The position numbers and the translations under genes are program-made. A stretch of DNA of 64,000 bases from a bacterium. Lineage in GTDB: Bacteria; Desulfobacterota; Desulfocorpusculales; Desulfocorpusculum. The notes below the pieces were generated by a model, which worked only from the letters and a program-made list of their open reading frames with translations, was not told the DNA's origin and searched no databases. The stretch lies in contig JBBFLE010000001.1 in assembly GCA_037481695.1 (NCBI GenBank), positions 128,989-192,988 on the forward strand, given 5' to 3'. Positions 1 through 11,204 of this stretch are shown here, piece after piece. Numbering within the stretch: the stretch's first letter is position 1; every line of letters begins with the position of its first letter.

Positions 1-1
1 C

Positions 2-1132
2 TCTAGGCTAAAGCGCGCAGGCCTCATCATACTGGGCAAGACCAATACCCCGGAGTTGGGAATCCTGCCCACCACAGAGCCCAGACTCTTCGGCCCCACC
101 AAAAATCCCTGGGATCCAACCCGAACCCCTGGTGGCTCCAGCGGCGGTTCGGCAGCTGCCGTGGCATCCAGAATGGTGCCCATGGCCCACGGCAATGACG
201 GTGGAGGCTCCATTCGCATCCCAGCATCCTGCTGCGGGCTCTTTGGCCTGAAGCCCACCAGAGCCAGAAACCCCCTGGGCCCCAACTTCGGCGACCTGAT
301 GGGGGGGCTAGTGGTGGAGCACGCCTTGACCCTCTCTGTGAGGGATAGTGCCGCACTTCTGGATGCCACAAGTGGCCCGGATGTGGGGGACCCCTACTGG
401 GCCCCACCCAACCCCAGACCTTTTCTGCATGATGTGGGAGCTGATCCTGGCAGGCTAAAGATCGGATTCACCACAAGAACGCCTGGAGGCCATCTGGTTC
501 ACCCGGACTGCCTGGCAGCAGTCATGGATGCTGCAAGACTCTGTGAGGAGCTGGGACACGTGGTGGAGGAAGCGTCTCCCACACTGGATGCAGAACTCAC
601 CAATGGAGCCTTCATGGTGGTATGGTCCTCAGGGTGCGCTTCCACCCTGGAGGGCATTGCCAGGCTAACCGGCAGGCAGCCATCCCCAGAGCATGTGGAG
701 CCCACCACCTGGAGCCTTTACGAGATAGGAAAGAATCAAAGTGCTGCCAATTACCTCCTGGCAGTCCAGCTTCTCCAGAGCATGTCCAGGAAAGTGGCCC
801 AGTTCTTCCAGAAGTTCGACCTGTGGCTCACTCCCACCCTTTTTGAACCTCCTCTCCCCCTGGGAAGCTTTGAGCCTTCCAAACAGGATCCCCTGCTGGC
901 ACTTCGCAAAGCAGCCCAGTTTGTGCCTTTCACCCCCATCTGCAACATGACCGGTCAACCGGCCATGTCCGTGCCCCTTTACTGGAACGCCCAAGGCCAC
1001 CCCATAGGAACTCACTTCGTGGCCCGCTTCGGCGAGGAATCCACTCTCTTTCGGCTGGGAGCTCAGCTGGAAGCAGCCAGGCCATGGATAAATAAAAGAC
1101 CGCCACTTAGCTTTCCCTCTCCTTGTCCATGA
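2..1132 (+). CDS. Amidase family protein (5' partial, continues upstream of the window)
   Basis: Open frame runs from position 2; contains GKTNTPE and [11 protein letters not shown] amidase-signature motifs; listed ORF 56..1132 starts at an internal TTG. Confidence 0.8.
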   Translation, partial: SRLKRAGLIILGKTNTPELGILPTTEPRLFGPTKNPWDPTRTPGGSSGGSAAAVASRMVPMAHGNDGGGSIRIPASCCGLFGLKPTRARNPLGPNFGDLMGGLVVEHALTLSVRDSAALLDATSGPDVGDPYWAPPNPRPFLHDVGADPGRLKIGFTTRTPGGHLVHPDCLAAVMDAARLCEELGHVVEEASPTLDAELTNGAFMVVWSSGCASTLEGIARLTGRQPSPEHVEPTTWSLYEIGKNQSAANYLLAVQLLQSMSRKVAQFFQKFDLWLTPTLFEPPLPLGSFEPSKQDPLLALRKAAQFVPFTPICNMTGQPAMSVPLYWNAQGHPIGTHFVARFGEESTLFRLGAQLEAARPWINKRPPLSFPSPCP

Positions 1133-3389
1133 GGGCGGCCAGCACCCGTTCTGGGGTCATGGGCAATTCCTTCATGCGTACGCCCACCGCATCATATATG
1201 GCATTGGCTATGGCAGGTGCAGTGGGCACGCAACCAGGCTCCCCTATGCCCTTGGCCCCAAATGGGCCGAACTGATCCATGGTTTCAACTATGCAAGTCT
1301 CGATGGGTATGGCGTCCTTGGCTGTCAGGATCTTGTAGTCTCTGAAATTGGGGTTCATGACCTCGCCCTTGTCCAGTATCAGCTGCTCTGTGAGAGCGTA
1401 CCCCAGGCCCATGAGGGCACCACCATAAACCTGCCCTTCCAGGAGCATGGGGTTTATGGCCTTTCCAACATCATGGGCAGCCACGTACTGGAGCACCTTC
1501 ACCTTGCCCGTCTCTCTGTCCACCTTCACTCTGACCCCATGGGCCCCGAAGGTGTAGGTCATGGAGAGATTACCCCTGAAGGTCTTGTCCAGGTTCTCAT
1601 TGGCAGGATCGTAGAAGAACTCAGCCATCAGCATCTGACCCGAAGGGCTGAAGTGCGCCTTACGCAGTAGTTTTCCCAGTTCCAAGCGTTTTTCTGGCTC
1701 ATGGATGCTGAAAACCTCTCTTTCTCGAAGGCCCAGGCCCTCCTGGGGCTCTCCCATCTGGCGCGAGGCTATCTCCAGGATCCTCTCCTTGAGCTTTCTG
1801 GCAGCCCCCAGGGCCGAGTTACAGGCCACAAAGGTGGTGCGGCTGGCATGAGCCCCCACATCCCAAGGGCAGACATCCGTGTCCGTATGGATCACCCTCA
1901 CATCCTCAACCTGTACCCCCAGCTCTTCGGCCACCACCTGTGCTATGACCGTATCTGCACCCTGGCCCATGTCCGTGGCGCCAGTGAAGACATCCACCTT
2001 TCCATAGTCATCCATCTTGATCATGGTGCCGCAACCATCTGACTTGTAGACCCTGGCTCCGCCTCCCACATGTATGAGACAAGCCATCCCAAGCCCCTCG
2101 TCCTTGGCTTTGGGCTTATTCCAACCCAACCTCTCCCGAACCTGCTCGATGCACTCCCTGAGTCCGCAGGTCGTTATCCTGAAATCCTGCGGAGTCGTGT
2201 CCCCTGGCTGGTTGGCGTTGAGAATGCGAAACTCCACCCTGTCGATCCCGGCTACCTCAGCCAGTCTGTCCATGGAGCTCTCGATGGCGAAGGTGGCCTG
2301 GGGATTCCCGTATCCCCTCATGGCCTGGGAATAGGTGTTGTTGGTATAAACACACTTGGCCTCATAGCGCACGTTTGGAACCCTGTAAAGGGAGGAGATG
2401 GGCATCATCATGACCGAAGGAGTCGTTGCTCCCCAGGAGGTGTACGCACCGTTGTCCAGGATCATGGCCACGTCCCTGAAAAGGAGCCTTCCTTCCTCGT
2501 CGCAGCCCTGGGAAATGTTTATGATGGCAGGTTGACGGCCAGAGGTGGCTATGAACTCCTCCTTGCGGTCAAAGAGGATCCGCACGGGCTTCCCGGTGGC
2601 CCTGGCAAGCAGGATTGCAATGTACTCGTACGCATAGGTGTCTAACTTGCTACCGAATGCCCCACCTATACACGCCTTTATGACCCTGACCCTCTTACCC
2701 TTCAATCCCATGGCCTCCAGGGCCTCCATGTAGTCTTTCTGGGCAAGGGATGGGATCTGGGTATTGCTGTACATGGTTAGGTTATGGGAGGCGTCGAACA
2801 TGGCGATACAGCCACTGGTGGCCATGCAGCAATGGGTGACCCAGGTGACCCTGAAGCTGTCCTCCACCACGAAACGTGACCTCTTCCTGCCTTCCTCCAC
2901 GTCCCCCAGATGCATCTTCCAGGGCAGCCGAAGCAGGTTGGTGCGGTGTTCCTCATGCACCAGTGGTGCTCCCTCTGCCATGGCCTCTTCGGGATTGAAC
3001 ACAGCAGGCAGGGCCTCGTACTGCACCTCTATGAGCTCCAGGGCTTCCTCTGCCACATCCGGGTCTATGGCGGCCACCGCAGCCACCTCATCCCTGTAAG
3101 AGCGCACCTTGCCCTTCTTGAGGGGGGTGTTATCCTTGTAAAAACCGAACTTTAATGGGGGTATATCCTCGCCGGTCAGCACGGCCTTCACACCCGGCAG
3201 TCTCTTGGCCTTGGATACATCCACATGGACTATCCTGGCGTGGGGATACCTGCTGTAGAGTATCCTGCCGTGGAGCATGCCCGGGACCTTCACATCATGG
3301 ATGTATAGGGCCTTCCCAGTTGCCTTGTCCACAGCATCCAGCTTGGGGATGGGTTTACCCACGGTGCACAGTTGCTCGGGGTGCATCAC
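1107..3389 (-). CDS. Xanthine dehydrogenase-family molybdopterin-binding (large) subunit, operon 1
   Basis: 760 aa; aldehyde oxidase/xanthine dehydrogenase a/b hammerhead and Mo-cofactor domains; 4-nt overlap with the upstream FeS subunit. Confidence 0.85.
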   Translation of the reverse strand: MMHPEQLCTVGKPIPKLDAVDKATGKALYIHDVKVPGMLHGRILYSRYPHARIVHVDVSKAKRLPGVKAVLTGEDIPPLKFGFYKDNTPLKKGKVRSYRDEVAAVAAIDPDVAEEALELIEVQYEALPAVFNPEEAMAEGAPLVHEEHRTNLLRLPWKMHLGDVEEGRKRSRFVVEDSFRVTWVTHCCMATSGCIAMFDASHNLTMYSNTQIPSLAQKDYMEALEAMGLKGKRVRVIKACIGGAFGSKLDTYAYEYIAILLARATGKPVRILFDRKEEFIATSGRQPAIINISQGCDEEGRLLFRDVAMILDNGAYTSWGATTPSVMMMPISSLYRVPNVRYEAKCVYTNNTYSQAMRGYGNPQATFAIESSMDRLAEVAGIDRVEFRILNANQPGDTTPQDFRITTCGLRECIEQVRERLGWNKPKAKDEGLGMACLIHVGGGARVYKSDGCGTMIKMDDYGKVDVFTGATDMGQGADTVIAQVVAEELGVQVEDVRVIHTDTDVCPWDVGAHASRTTFVACNSALGAARKLKERILEIASRQMGEPQEGLGLREREVFSIHEPEKRLELGKLLRKAHFSPSGQMLMAEFFYDPANENLDKTFRGNLSMTYTFGAHGVRVKVDRETGKVKVLQYVAAHDVGKAINPMLLEGQVYGGALMGLGYALTEQLILDKGEVMNPNFRDYKILTAKDAIPIETCIVETMDQFGPFGAKGIGEPGCVPTAPAIANAIYDAVGVRMKELPMTPERVLAALMDKERES

Positions 3390-3892
3390 TCACTCCTCCT
3401 GGCTATGGCTTCCACGGGCCTGTTGCTCCACTGTCCGGCTGCAGCCTCTATGGCCCTGAAGATCTGGATGTATCCCGTGCATCGGCAAAGATTCCCTGCC
3501 AGGGCATGGCGAATCTCCTCCTGGGTGGGGCTGGGATTCTCGTCCAAGAGGGCCTTGGCTGACATGATCATCCCTGGGGTGCAAAACCCGCACTGTATTG
3601 CCCCATGCTCCACGAAGGCTTTCTGAAGGGGATGAAGCGTCCCATCCGGGGCTGCTAGCCCCTCTATGGTTAGCACCTCCTTGCCATCCACCTCAACGGC
3701 AAAATACAGACATGAGTTCACCGCCTTGCCGTTCACTATGACTGTGCAGGCCCCGCACTCGCCACTTCCACAACCCTCCTTGGTGCCAGTGAGCCCCAGC
3801 TCCTCTCTCAGCAGGTGCAGCAGGCTCCAGTGATCCTCCACCTCCAGCTCCTGTACCTCACCGTTCAGAAGAAAAGAAATGCGTCTTGCCAT
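3386..3892 (-). CDS. (2Fe-2S)-binding small subunit of molybdenum hydroxylase (CoxS/HcrC-like)
   Basis: CGSGECGACTV and QCGFCTPG...CRCTGY motifs; start taken at MARRISF (ATG 3892) after a GGAGG site; alternative start at 3940. Confidence 0.8.
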   Translation of the reverse strand: MARRISFLLNGEVQELEVEDHWSLLHLLREELGLTGTKEGCGSGECGACTVIVNGKAVNSCLYFAVEVDGKEVLTIEGLAAPDGTLHPLQKAFVEHGAIQCGFCTPGMIMSAKALLDENPSPTQEEIRHALAGNLCRCTGYIQIFRAIEAAAGQWSNRPVEAIARRSE

Positions 3893-3970
3893 CCTGCCTC
3901 CATGACCGGGAAACGCCGCATTGGCAATCACGGCCCCCAACTTCTGGATCCCATGCCTGGGCCCTTGCCA

Positions 3971-4879
3971 TCAACCAAGGGCCTTGATTCTCTCCAGGCA
4001 CCTCATGCCCATTCGCTTGACCAGCACCCTGACCATCTCCCTCCTGTACCAGGCAGCCCCACGCACGCTGTCCCTTACACGGGACTCTTCTGCTGCTATT
4101 TTGCCTGCCTCCTCCAGCACGGCCTCGCTCAGCTCTTTTCCCTCCAAAAAGGCCTCGGCCTGCCAGGCCCTCATGGGTGTGGGAGCCGCCACCCCAAGCC
4201 CTATGCGGGCCTTGGTGCAATGGCGCATCTGCTCATCTAAGCTCAACAGCACTCCTACTCCCAGAAGTGGAAGCTCCATGGCCTCCCGTCTTCCGAACTT
4301 GATATATGCGCTTCCGGTTCGAGGAGGCTGGGGGGGCAGGAGTATCTCGGTCAGGATCTCCCCCCTGTCCAGCACGGTTTGTCCCGGCCCCACAAAGAAG
4401 TGGAGCAATTCCATCTCCCTGGAGCCCTTGGGGCCCTGTATCTTCACCCTGGCATCCAGGGTGACAAGGGGAATGGCCCCGTCCGCAGAAGGCACTGCAT
4501 TGACCAGGTTTCCCCCTATGGTGGCTACATTCCTGATCTGCACCGAGCCTATGTTGGATACAGCATCATGCAGTATGGGATAGCTCCATCGGATGGCCCG
4601 AGAGGTCTCTATCATCCGGTGGGTGACCAAGGCTCCCAAAATGCAATGGCCGTTTCCCCCTTGATTTAGTTCTATGCGGTCCATGGAGGGTATGTGTTTG
4701 AGAGACACCAAATACTCGGGGCGAATCTTTCCCTCCTTGAGCTTCACCAGCAGATCGGTTCCGCCTGCTACGTACCTGGCCTTCTCCCCATACGACTCCA
4801 TGAGGGAAATGGCCTCATCCAGGCTCTTTGGTATCACATAGGAAAATCTCCTCATGCACACCTCCGTAACAGCCCCCAT
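3971..4879 (-). CDS. FAD-binding subunit of molybdenum hydroxylase (CoxM-like), without Cys-rich insertion
   Basis: 302 aa; AGGTDL FAD-binding motif; CO dehydrogenase flavoprotein C-terminal region. Confidence 0.8.
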   Translation of the reverse strand: MGAVTEVCMRRFSYVIPKSLDEAISLMESYGEKARYVAGGTDLLVKLKEGKIRPEYLVSLKHIPSMDRIELNQGGNGHCILGALVTHRMIETSRAIRWSYPILHDAVSNIGSVQIRNVATIGGNLVNAVPSADGAIPLVTLDARVKIQGPKGSREMELLHFFVGPGQTVLDRGEILTEILLPPQPPRTGSAYIKFGRREAMELPLLGVGVLLSLDEQMRHCTKARIGLGVAAPTPMRAWQAEAFLEGKELSEAVLEEAGKIAAEESRVRDSVRGAAWYRREMVRVLVKRMGMRCLERIKALG

Positions 4880-4948
4880 CCAGCGACCTTACCAGTGAGC
4901 AGCTCTTGACAAGCCCGAACCCTTTGGCCCACTTGCCCAGATCTCCCA

Positions 4949-6241
4949 TCAAATGGGCCTGTTGTCGAAGATCCGCTTGGACTTGCGTTCTGACCTTGGC
5001 AAAGAACCGTAATCCACGACCTCCACCGTGGCGCTCACCAGTAGTCTCCTCTTTATCTCACCCTCTATCCTGGTTTTGATCTGCCCCACGTCCGACAAAG
5101 GCAACTCAGGCGCCCTTTCCACCCTTATGGTCATGTAATCCCTTCCGTCTGCCTTCCGCTCCAGGATCACCTGGTACTCGCTTCCTATTTCCGGAACCTC
5201 GGAAAGGATCTGATCTATCTGACCGGGATAGATGTTCACGGCCCTGAATATTATCATGTCGTCGGAACGCCCCAGTATCCTGTCGTGTCTGGGCAGGATG
5301 GACCCGCACTTGCAAAGGCCTGGGACCGCTTTGGTGAGATCCCTGGTGCGATATCGGATCAGGGGTGCCGCTTCCTTGCAAAGTGTTGTGACCACCATCT
5401 CCCCGATCTCCCCTTCTGGAACTGGCTGCAGGGTCATGGGATCCAGGATCTCCAGGATGTAGTAGTCAGCCCAGTAGTGGATTCCTTCATGGCATTGACA
5501 CTCAAGCCCAGTGCCCGGGCCGTAGAGTTCTGTCATGCCCGGAATGTCAAACATCTCCTCAAGCCCCATGAGCTCTGCAATGCGCCTTCTCATGGATTCG
5601 CTGCTTCTCTCGGAGCCGTAGATTAGCTTCCTGAGGGCTATCTTGTCCCTCAGGCCCCTCCTTTGGATTTCCTCTGCCATGAGAAGGGCCATGGAGGCCG
5701 TGCAGCACATGACAGTGGACTGAAGATCCACCAGAAACTCGCATTGCATGTCTATGTTGCCGGGCCCCACCGGGATGGCCATGGCCCCGAAACGCTCGCA
5801 GCCAAGCTGGAAGCCCACCCCCGCAGTCCATATGCCGTAGCCCACAGCGATTTGCACTCTGTCTTCTGGGCTTAGGCCTGCCATCTCATAGCAGCGTGCA
5901 AAGAAGTGGATCCAGTCCTCCAGGTCTTTGCTGGTATAGGCCAGAATCTTGCGCTTCCCGGTGGTGCCTGAGGAGGCGTGGATCCTCACCACCTCCGATA
6001 GGGGCACGCTCAGCAAAGGAAAGGGATAGCCTTCCCTCAAGTCATGGGCCGTGGTGAAAGGCAGCTTGCGGATATCCTCCAGAGTTTGGATATCTTGGGG
6101 CCTTACCCCAGCTCTGTCCAATCTCTCCCTATAGAAGGAGGATCCATTGTAGGCGTGGGCCACAGTCCACTTGAGTCCCTTCAACTGGTGTTCCCTAAGC
6201 TCCTCCTGGCTCCTGAACGTAGGCATGAAACTCTGGGGCAT
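4949..6241 (-). CDS. Phenylacetate-CoA ligase family (PaaK-like aryl-CoA ligase)
   Basis: PaaK/F390-synthetase N-terminus and adenylation motif IHASSGTTGKRK; start placed at MPQSFMPTF (ATG 6241) with GGAGG upstream; the ORF itself extends to 6328. Confidence 0.8.
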   Translation of the reverse strand: MPQSFMPTFRSQEELREHQLKGLKWTVAHAYNGSSFYRERLDRAGVRPQDIQTLEDIRKLPFTTAHDLREGYPFPLLSVPLSEVVRIHASSGTTGKRKILAYTSKDLEDWIHFFARCYEMAGLSPEDRVQIAVGYGIWTAGVGFQLGCERFGAMAIPVGPGNIDMQCEFLVDLQSTVMCCTASMALLMAEEIQRRGLRDKIALRKLIYGSERSSESMRRRIAELMGLEEMFDIPGMTELYGPGTGLECQCHEGIHYWADYYILEILDPMTLQPVPEGEIGEMVVTTLCKEAAPLIRYRTRDLTKAVPGLCKCGSILPRHDRILGRSDDMIIFRAVNIYPGQIDQILSEVPEIGSEYQVILERKADGRDYMTIRVERAPELPLSDVGQIKTRIEGEIKRRLLVSATVEVVDYGSLPRSERKSKRIFDNRPI

Positions 6242-6297
6242 TCCCGCACCCTCCATTGCCGGGCTAGTGAGATTTACCCTTGGCCTGCTGGGTTGGC

Positions 6298-6313
6298 TCT
6301 GTATACAATGTTT
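6298..6313. promoter_or_regulatory. Second copy of the TGTATACAATGT motif in the divergent promoter between the aryl-CoA ligase/Mo-hydroxylase operon 1 and the hydantoinase operon
   Basis: Read directly. Confidence 0.5.
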
Positions 6314-6447
6314 TGATAATATAGGCAAGCCTAAACTGGATGGTCAAGCAGTAGTGGAGCCGGGGCCTTGTACTGGTCAGGGCCTGGAGGTTCAGGTCCT
6401 GCCCTTGGTTTTTTTCAACAGCAAGAGTCTCGGGAAGGAGGTGGATC

Positions 6448-8547
6448 TTGAAAGATGCATCCTACAGGCTGGGATGCGACATAGGCGGGACTTTTACGGA
6501 TTTTGTCCTGGTAAACGACACCACAGGCCAGCTTCATGTTTACAAGTGTCTTACCACCCCACAGGATCCCTCGGACGCAATTGAAACCGGGATCAGGGCC
6601 CTCATGGATTCTGCGCCCGGGTACGTGGGAAACCTTCATGAGGTGGTGCACGGAACCACGCTGGTCATAAACGCCATCTTGGAGCGCAAGGGCGCCAAGA
6701 CAGGCCTTGTGACCACACGGGGCTTCAGGGATGTCCTGGAGTTGGGTAGGGAAGTTCGCTATGACGCTTATGACATATTTGCCGAGTACCCGGCCCCTCT
6801 GGTGCCCAGGCCCCTCAGGATGGAAGTGGATGAGCGCATAAGCAGCTCTGGTAAGGTTTTGAAGCCTTTGAATCCACAAGAAGCACGCCAGGTGCTGCAA
6901 AAGCTCTTGGAAATGAACATAGAGTCCCTGGCAGTTTGTCTCATCAACTCCTTTGAAAACCCTCTCCACGAGAAACAGATCCAGGAAGTGCTCAGGGATC
7001 TCAGTCCTGATCTGCCTCTTTCAGTTTCCTATGAGGTGCTACCCCAGATCAGGGAGTACGAGCGCACCAGCACCACAGTCACCAATGCTTATGTCAAGCC
7101 CATAACAGGTCGTTACCTGGGACGACTAGAGGAAAGGCTAAAGAAACTGGGGATTCCAGGCAGGCTCTACATCATGCTTTCCAGCGGAGGCATCACCTCT
7201 GCCCAGGTGGCCAGGGAATTCCCGGTCAGGATCATAGAGTCGGGTCCCACGGCGGCGGTGATCGCTTCGCAGTTCTACGGAAGGATGTTTGGAATCCGCA
7301 ATCTCTTCTGCTTTGACATGGGCGGCACAACGGCCAAGAGCTGCCTGATACAAGAGGGTGAGGCTGGCTTGGTCTCCACCTTTGAGGTAGGGCGAGTCCA
7401 GCGCTTCAAGAAGGGTAGCGGTCTGCCTATCCAGGTTCCTGTGGTGGACCTCATGGAGATCGGGGCTGGAGGTGGGAGCATAGCCAGAATAAGTCGCCTG
7501 GGCACACTCCAGGTGGGGCCCGAGAGCGCAGGGGCGGATCCAGGCCCAGTCTGCTATGGGCTCGGGGGCAAGGAGCCCACGGTCACGGATGCAGACCTGG
7601 TATTGGGATACCTTAACGCGGATTATTTTCTGGGAGGGACCATGCCTTTGGATCTCCAAGGCGCACAGGAGGCCATCAGGGAGAAGCTGGCCAAGCCCCT
7701 GGGAGTCTCCCTCACCCAAGCAGCGTACGGGATCCATGACCTCATAAACGAGGTCATGGGAGCTGCAGCCAAGACCCACATAGCAGAAAAAGGGGGTAAT
7801 CCCAGGCTGGTGACCATGGTGGCCTTCGGGGGGGCCGGGCCTGTGCATGCCTATGGGTTGGCCAGGAAAATAGGGGCCCCAAAAGTGCTTGTGCCTCTCA
7901 TGCCTGGAGTGGGCTCAGCCCTGGGATTCTTCACCGCCCCCATTGCCTTTGATGTGGCCAGGAGCCACAAGGTGAAATTAGAAGATGCTGATTTCCATGG
8001 CATCGAATCCCTTTTCCTGGAGCTGGAGTCAGAGGCTGCCTCTGCCATAGGAGCCCAGAGGAGCACAGAAGGCATCAGCTTCCAGCGATCCATAGACATG
8101 AGGTTCGTGGGACAGGGCTCAGAGACTAATCTGGGCATAGACAGAAGGCCTTTTTTCCAGTTCTCCCAAGGGGAGATCCGAAAACTCTTCGACGACACCT
8201 ACAGCCTGCTTTACGGTCGCACCTACCCTGAGACACCGGTGGAGATGGTGACCTTCAAGGTAAGGGCCAGACTCCCTGACCGGCCCTTTAACCTTCCACA
8301 CCTGCAACGGGGTCCAGGTGACCTGGAGGCAGCACTCAAGGGTCAAAGAATGGCCTTTTCCATGATCAGAAAGGAGTTCATCCCCTTCAAGGTTTACGAC
8401 CGTTACAGGCTGCCGGCAGGGGCAATCTTGGAAGGTCCTGCAATAATCGAAGAGAAGGAATCCACCATCGTCATGGGCGAGGATGCCAGGGCCAGGGTTG
8501 ACCAGCATGGTTTCGTGTGGATGGAACTGCTTGGGGAGGAATGCTGA
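6448..8547 (+). CDS. Hydantoinase/oxoprolinase family protein, A subunit (HyuA-like)
   Basis: 699 aa; N-terminal GCDIGGTFTDFV motif; TTG start with GGAGG 6 nt upstream. Confidence 0.85.
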   Translation: MKDASYRLGCDIGGTFTDFVLVNDTTGQLHVYKCLTTPQDPSDAIETGIRALMDSAPGYVGNLHEVVHGTTLVINAILERKGAKTGLVTTRGFRDVLELGREVRYDAYDIFAEYPAPLVPRPLRMEVDERISSSGKVLKPLNPQEARQVLQKLLEMNIESLAVCLINSFENPLHEKQIQEVLRDLSPDLPLSVSYEVLPQIREYERTSTTVTNAYVKPITGRYLGRLEERLKKLGIPGRLYIMLSSGGITSAQVAREFPVRIIESGPTAAVIASQFYGRMFGIRNLFCFDMGGTTAKSCLIQEGEAGLVSTFEVGRVQRFKKGSGLPIQVPVVDLMEIGAGGGSIARISRLGTLQVGPESAGADPGPVCYGLGGKEPTVTDADLVLGYLNADYFLGGTMPLDLQGAQEAIREKLAKPLGVSLTQAAYGIHDLINEVMGAAAKTHIAEKGGNPRLVTMVAFGGAGPVHAYGLARKIGAPKVLVPLMPGVGSALGFFTAPIAFDVARSHKVKLEDADFHGIESLFLELESEAASAIGAQRSTEGISFQRSIDMRFVGQGSETNLGIDRRPFFQFSQGEIRKLFDDTYSLLYGRTYPETPVEMVTFKVRARLPDRPFNLPHLQRGPGDLEAALKGQRMAFSMIRKEFIPFKVYDRYRLPAGAILEGPAIIEEKESTIVMGEDARARVDQHGFVWMELLGEEC

Positions 8548-8572
8548 GCAAAGGTGGTCAGGAGAAACAATC

Positions 8573-10306
8573 ATGACAAGAAGCTTTGATCCCATTCACC
8601 TGGAGATCCTGTGGCGGAGGCTGATTTCCATAGTGGATGAAGCCGACGCCTCGGTGGCGCGAACGGCCTTTTCCAGCTTGCTTCGAGACGCACATGACTA
8701 CACCTGCATGTTCACAGACAGCCATGGCCGCGAGCTGGCCCAAGGAACCCTTTGCACCCCTGGGCAGGCAGGGGCCATGGCCCTGGGTGTCAAGAAGATA
8801 GTGCAATCTCTGGATCCTGGAGAGCTGAGCCCTGGGGATGTGTTCATAGTCAATGATCCATGGCTTCTGGCAGGGCATCTCAACGACATCTGCGTGCTCA
8901 GCCCCATATTCAAGGGCAAGAGGCTGGTGGCCTTCACTGCATGCGTTTTTCATCACTCAGACATAGGCGGCCGCATTTCCTCGGACAACCACCAGGTATA
9001 CGAAGAGGGTTTGTTCATCCCCCTGGTGAAACTCTATGACAGGGGCAGGTTAAACAGCTCCGTGATGGAGCTCATACGCTGGAATGTGAGGACCCCGGAT
9101 GAGGTCACGGGAGACATCCGATCACAGGTGGCAGCCAACCATGTGTGTGGGCAAAAGATCCTGGAGATGATGGAAGATGAAGGGCTGGAGAGCCTGGATG
9201 AACTGGCCGAGGAGATCATAAGCAGAACCGAGGGTTCCATGAGGCAGGCCATTTCAAGGGTGCCTGACGGCATATACTCTCACCAGGGGATCATAGAGGG
9301 GGCCGGGAATCGGTCTGACATAACCATCCAGCTCACCGTGAAGGTGGAAGGAAGCCAGGTCCTGGTGGACTTCGCCGGTACATCTCCCCAGGTGGACTGG
9401 GGGGGGAATGTGGTCTACAACTTCACCTACGCGTATGTTTTCATGGCCATCAAGAGCGCATGTGACCCGGACATCCCCATCAACGAAGGTGCCATAAGGC
9501 CTGTGGCTATGACCGCCCCCGAAGGCTCTGTGGTCAACTGTCGCTTCCCGGCCGCAGTGGCTGCCAGGATGCAGGTGGGTCATTTCATGACCGAGATGGT
9601 CTACAGAGCCTTGGCCCCAGCCATTCCAGACAGGATTCTGGCTGGAAGCGGAGGCACACCCGCCCAGACCAACATATTCCACGGCAGGAGGCGCAACGGG
9701 ACCCCCTGGTTGACCATGATCATCAGAGGGGGGGGCATGGGAGCCAGTCTTCTTCGGGATGGTCACCACTGCGCCATATTCCCGGCCAATGGAGCCAACA
9801 CCCCTGTGGAGATCTTCGAGAGCGACACTCCTTTGCTGGTGGAAGCCAGAGAACTTCTCCCCGATTCTGGAGGACCGGGGAAGACCAGGGGAGGGCTGGG
9901 AAGGCGCTTTGTGGTCAGGGTGCCTGATACTGAGGACGGGCCCGAAGGCCAGGTGACCATAGCGGTGCAGGCAGGTCGCTTCCGCTATCCCCCTGAGGGC
10001 CTCTTCGGGGGAAAACCCGGGGCATGCGCCCGATTCTTGATCAATGGTAAGCCAGGAGATCCCAGCGGACTTACCCGTTGCCAAGCCGGAGATGTCATAG
10101 AGTTCCAAAGCGCCGGGGGAGGAGGATTCGGGGACCCTCTGGAGCGGGATCCAGAAGCTGTGCTCAGGGATGTCCAGATGGGGTACGTCACCGTGGAGGG
10201 GGCCAGGAGGGATTACGCAGTGATCATTGATCCCAAAAGCTTGAAGCTGGATCTGGAAGGGACCAAAGAGCTCAGAAATCAGCTCAAGGGCCCGGCCACC
10301 CACTGA
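8573..10306 (+). CDS. Hydantoinase B/oxoprolinase family protein (HyuB-like)
   Basis: Start at MTRSFDPIHLEILWRR after AGGAGA; typical HyuB N-terminus; the long ORF begins earlier, inside the hyuA 3' end. Confidence 0.85.
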   Translation: MTRSFDPIHLEILWRRLISIVDEADASVARTAFSSLLRDAHDYTCMFTDSHGRELAQGTLCTPGQAGAMALGVKKIVQSLDPGELSPGDVFIVNDPWLLAGHLNDICVLSPIFKGKRLVAFTACVFHHSDIGGRISSDNHQVYEEGLFIPLVKLYDRGRLNSSVMELIRWNVRTPDEVTGDIRSQVAANHVCGQKILEMMEDEGLESLDELAEEIISRTEGSMRQAISRVPDGIYSHQGIIEGAGNRSDITIQLTVKVEGSQVLVDFAGTSPQVDWGGNVVYNFTYAYVFMAIKSACDPDIPINEGAIRPVAMTAPEGSVVNCRFPAAVAARMQVGHFMTEMVYRALAPAIPDRILAGSGGTPAQTNIFHGRRRNGTPWLTMIIRGGGMGASLLRDGHHCAIFPANGANTPVEIFESDTPLLVEARELLPDSGGPGKTRGGLGRRFVVRVPDTEDGPEGQVTIAVQAGRFRYPPEGLFGGKPGACARFLINGKPGDPSGLTRCQAGDVIEFQSAGGGGFGDPLERDPEAVLRDVQMGYVTVEGARRDYAVIIDPKSLKLDLEGTKELRNQLKGPATH

Positions 10307-10373
10307 AACCCAGCCAGGCTGGAGCACATTTCCCCCAAATTGTTTTGAGGCCAAGAAAGGAGTCTTCTGGAAA

Positions 10374-11195
10374 ATGATCCTTGTGGACAAGCAGAAATGC
10401 AAGCAGGACAAGATATGTGTGGCTGAGTGCCCCATGGGCATAATCAGAATGGAGCAAGCACAGGAAGGTTACCCCGCCATGGTTCCAGGAGGAGAGAAGG
10501 TTTGTCTTGTATGCGGCCACTGCGTGGCCGTGTGCCCCCATGGGGCCATGACCCATGAACTGGTTCCCCTGGAGGAGTGCCCCCCTTGGAGGCAGCAACT
10601 GGCTCTTGATCTGGACAGGGCCATTCAGTTCCTTCGCTCCAGGAGGTCCGTGAGAGTTTTCAAGGATAAGGAAGTGGAAAAGCAGAAAATAGAAAAACTC
10701 CTGGAAATTGCAGCCCACGCTCCCACGGGTGGAAACACCCAGAGCGTCCAGTGGACGGTTTTCACTGACAGAGAAAAGATCAGAGAGCTGGCCTCCATCA
10801 CAGTGGATTGGATTCGAAAGCTGGTGGAAGGAGGGCCCAAGCCAGGTGTCCCCGCTTACATGCCCCTCATAGTGGCCGGATGGGATGCGGGCAAAGACAC
10901 GGTGCTGCGTGGGGCACCTGTGGTTCTAATAGCATCCTGTCCTCAGGAGAATCCCAATGGAATGGTGGATCTTACTTTGGCGCTTTCTTACCTGGAGCTG
11001 GCGGCTCTCCCCATGGGGCTTGGCACATGCTGGGCCGGTCTAATGCAAAGGGCTCTCATGTTTTGGGAACCCCTCAAGGAGGCTGTGGCTCTGCCCAAAG
11101 GCCACACCAATCACTATCCCATGATGCTGGGCTATCCCAAGTTCAGGTACCACAGGCTTCCCAAGAGAAAGCCTCCTGTGGTCAACTGGAGATGA
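10374..11195 (+). CDS. 4Fe-4S ferredoxin domain fused to nitroreductase family protein
   Basis: Two CxxCxxCxxxCP motifs in the N-terminus followed by a nitroreductase-like domain. Confidence 0.75.
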   Translation: MILVDKQKCKQDKICVAECPMGIIRMEQAQEGYPAMVPGGEKVCLVCGHCVAVCPHGAMTHELVPLEECPPWRQQLALDLDRAIQFLRSRRSVRVFKDKEVEKQKIEKLLEIAAHAPTGGNTQSVQWTVFTDREKIRELASITVDWIRKLVEGGPKPGVPAYMPLIVAGWDAGKDTVLRGAPVVLIASCPQENPNGMVDLTLALSYLELAALPMGLGTCWAGLMQRALMFWEPLKEAVALPKGHTNHYPMMLGYPKFRYHRLPKRKPPVVNWR

Positions 11196-11204
11196 GAACT
11201 GATC

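Noticed and set aside
3386-3940. Longer N-terminus for the 2Fe-2S subunit (start at 3940)
   Set aside because: Not excluded, but the homologous subunit in operon 2 starts directly at the ...LRVNGE... region and a GGAGG precedes ATG 3892. Left as an alternative.
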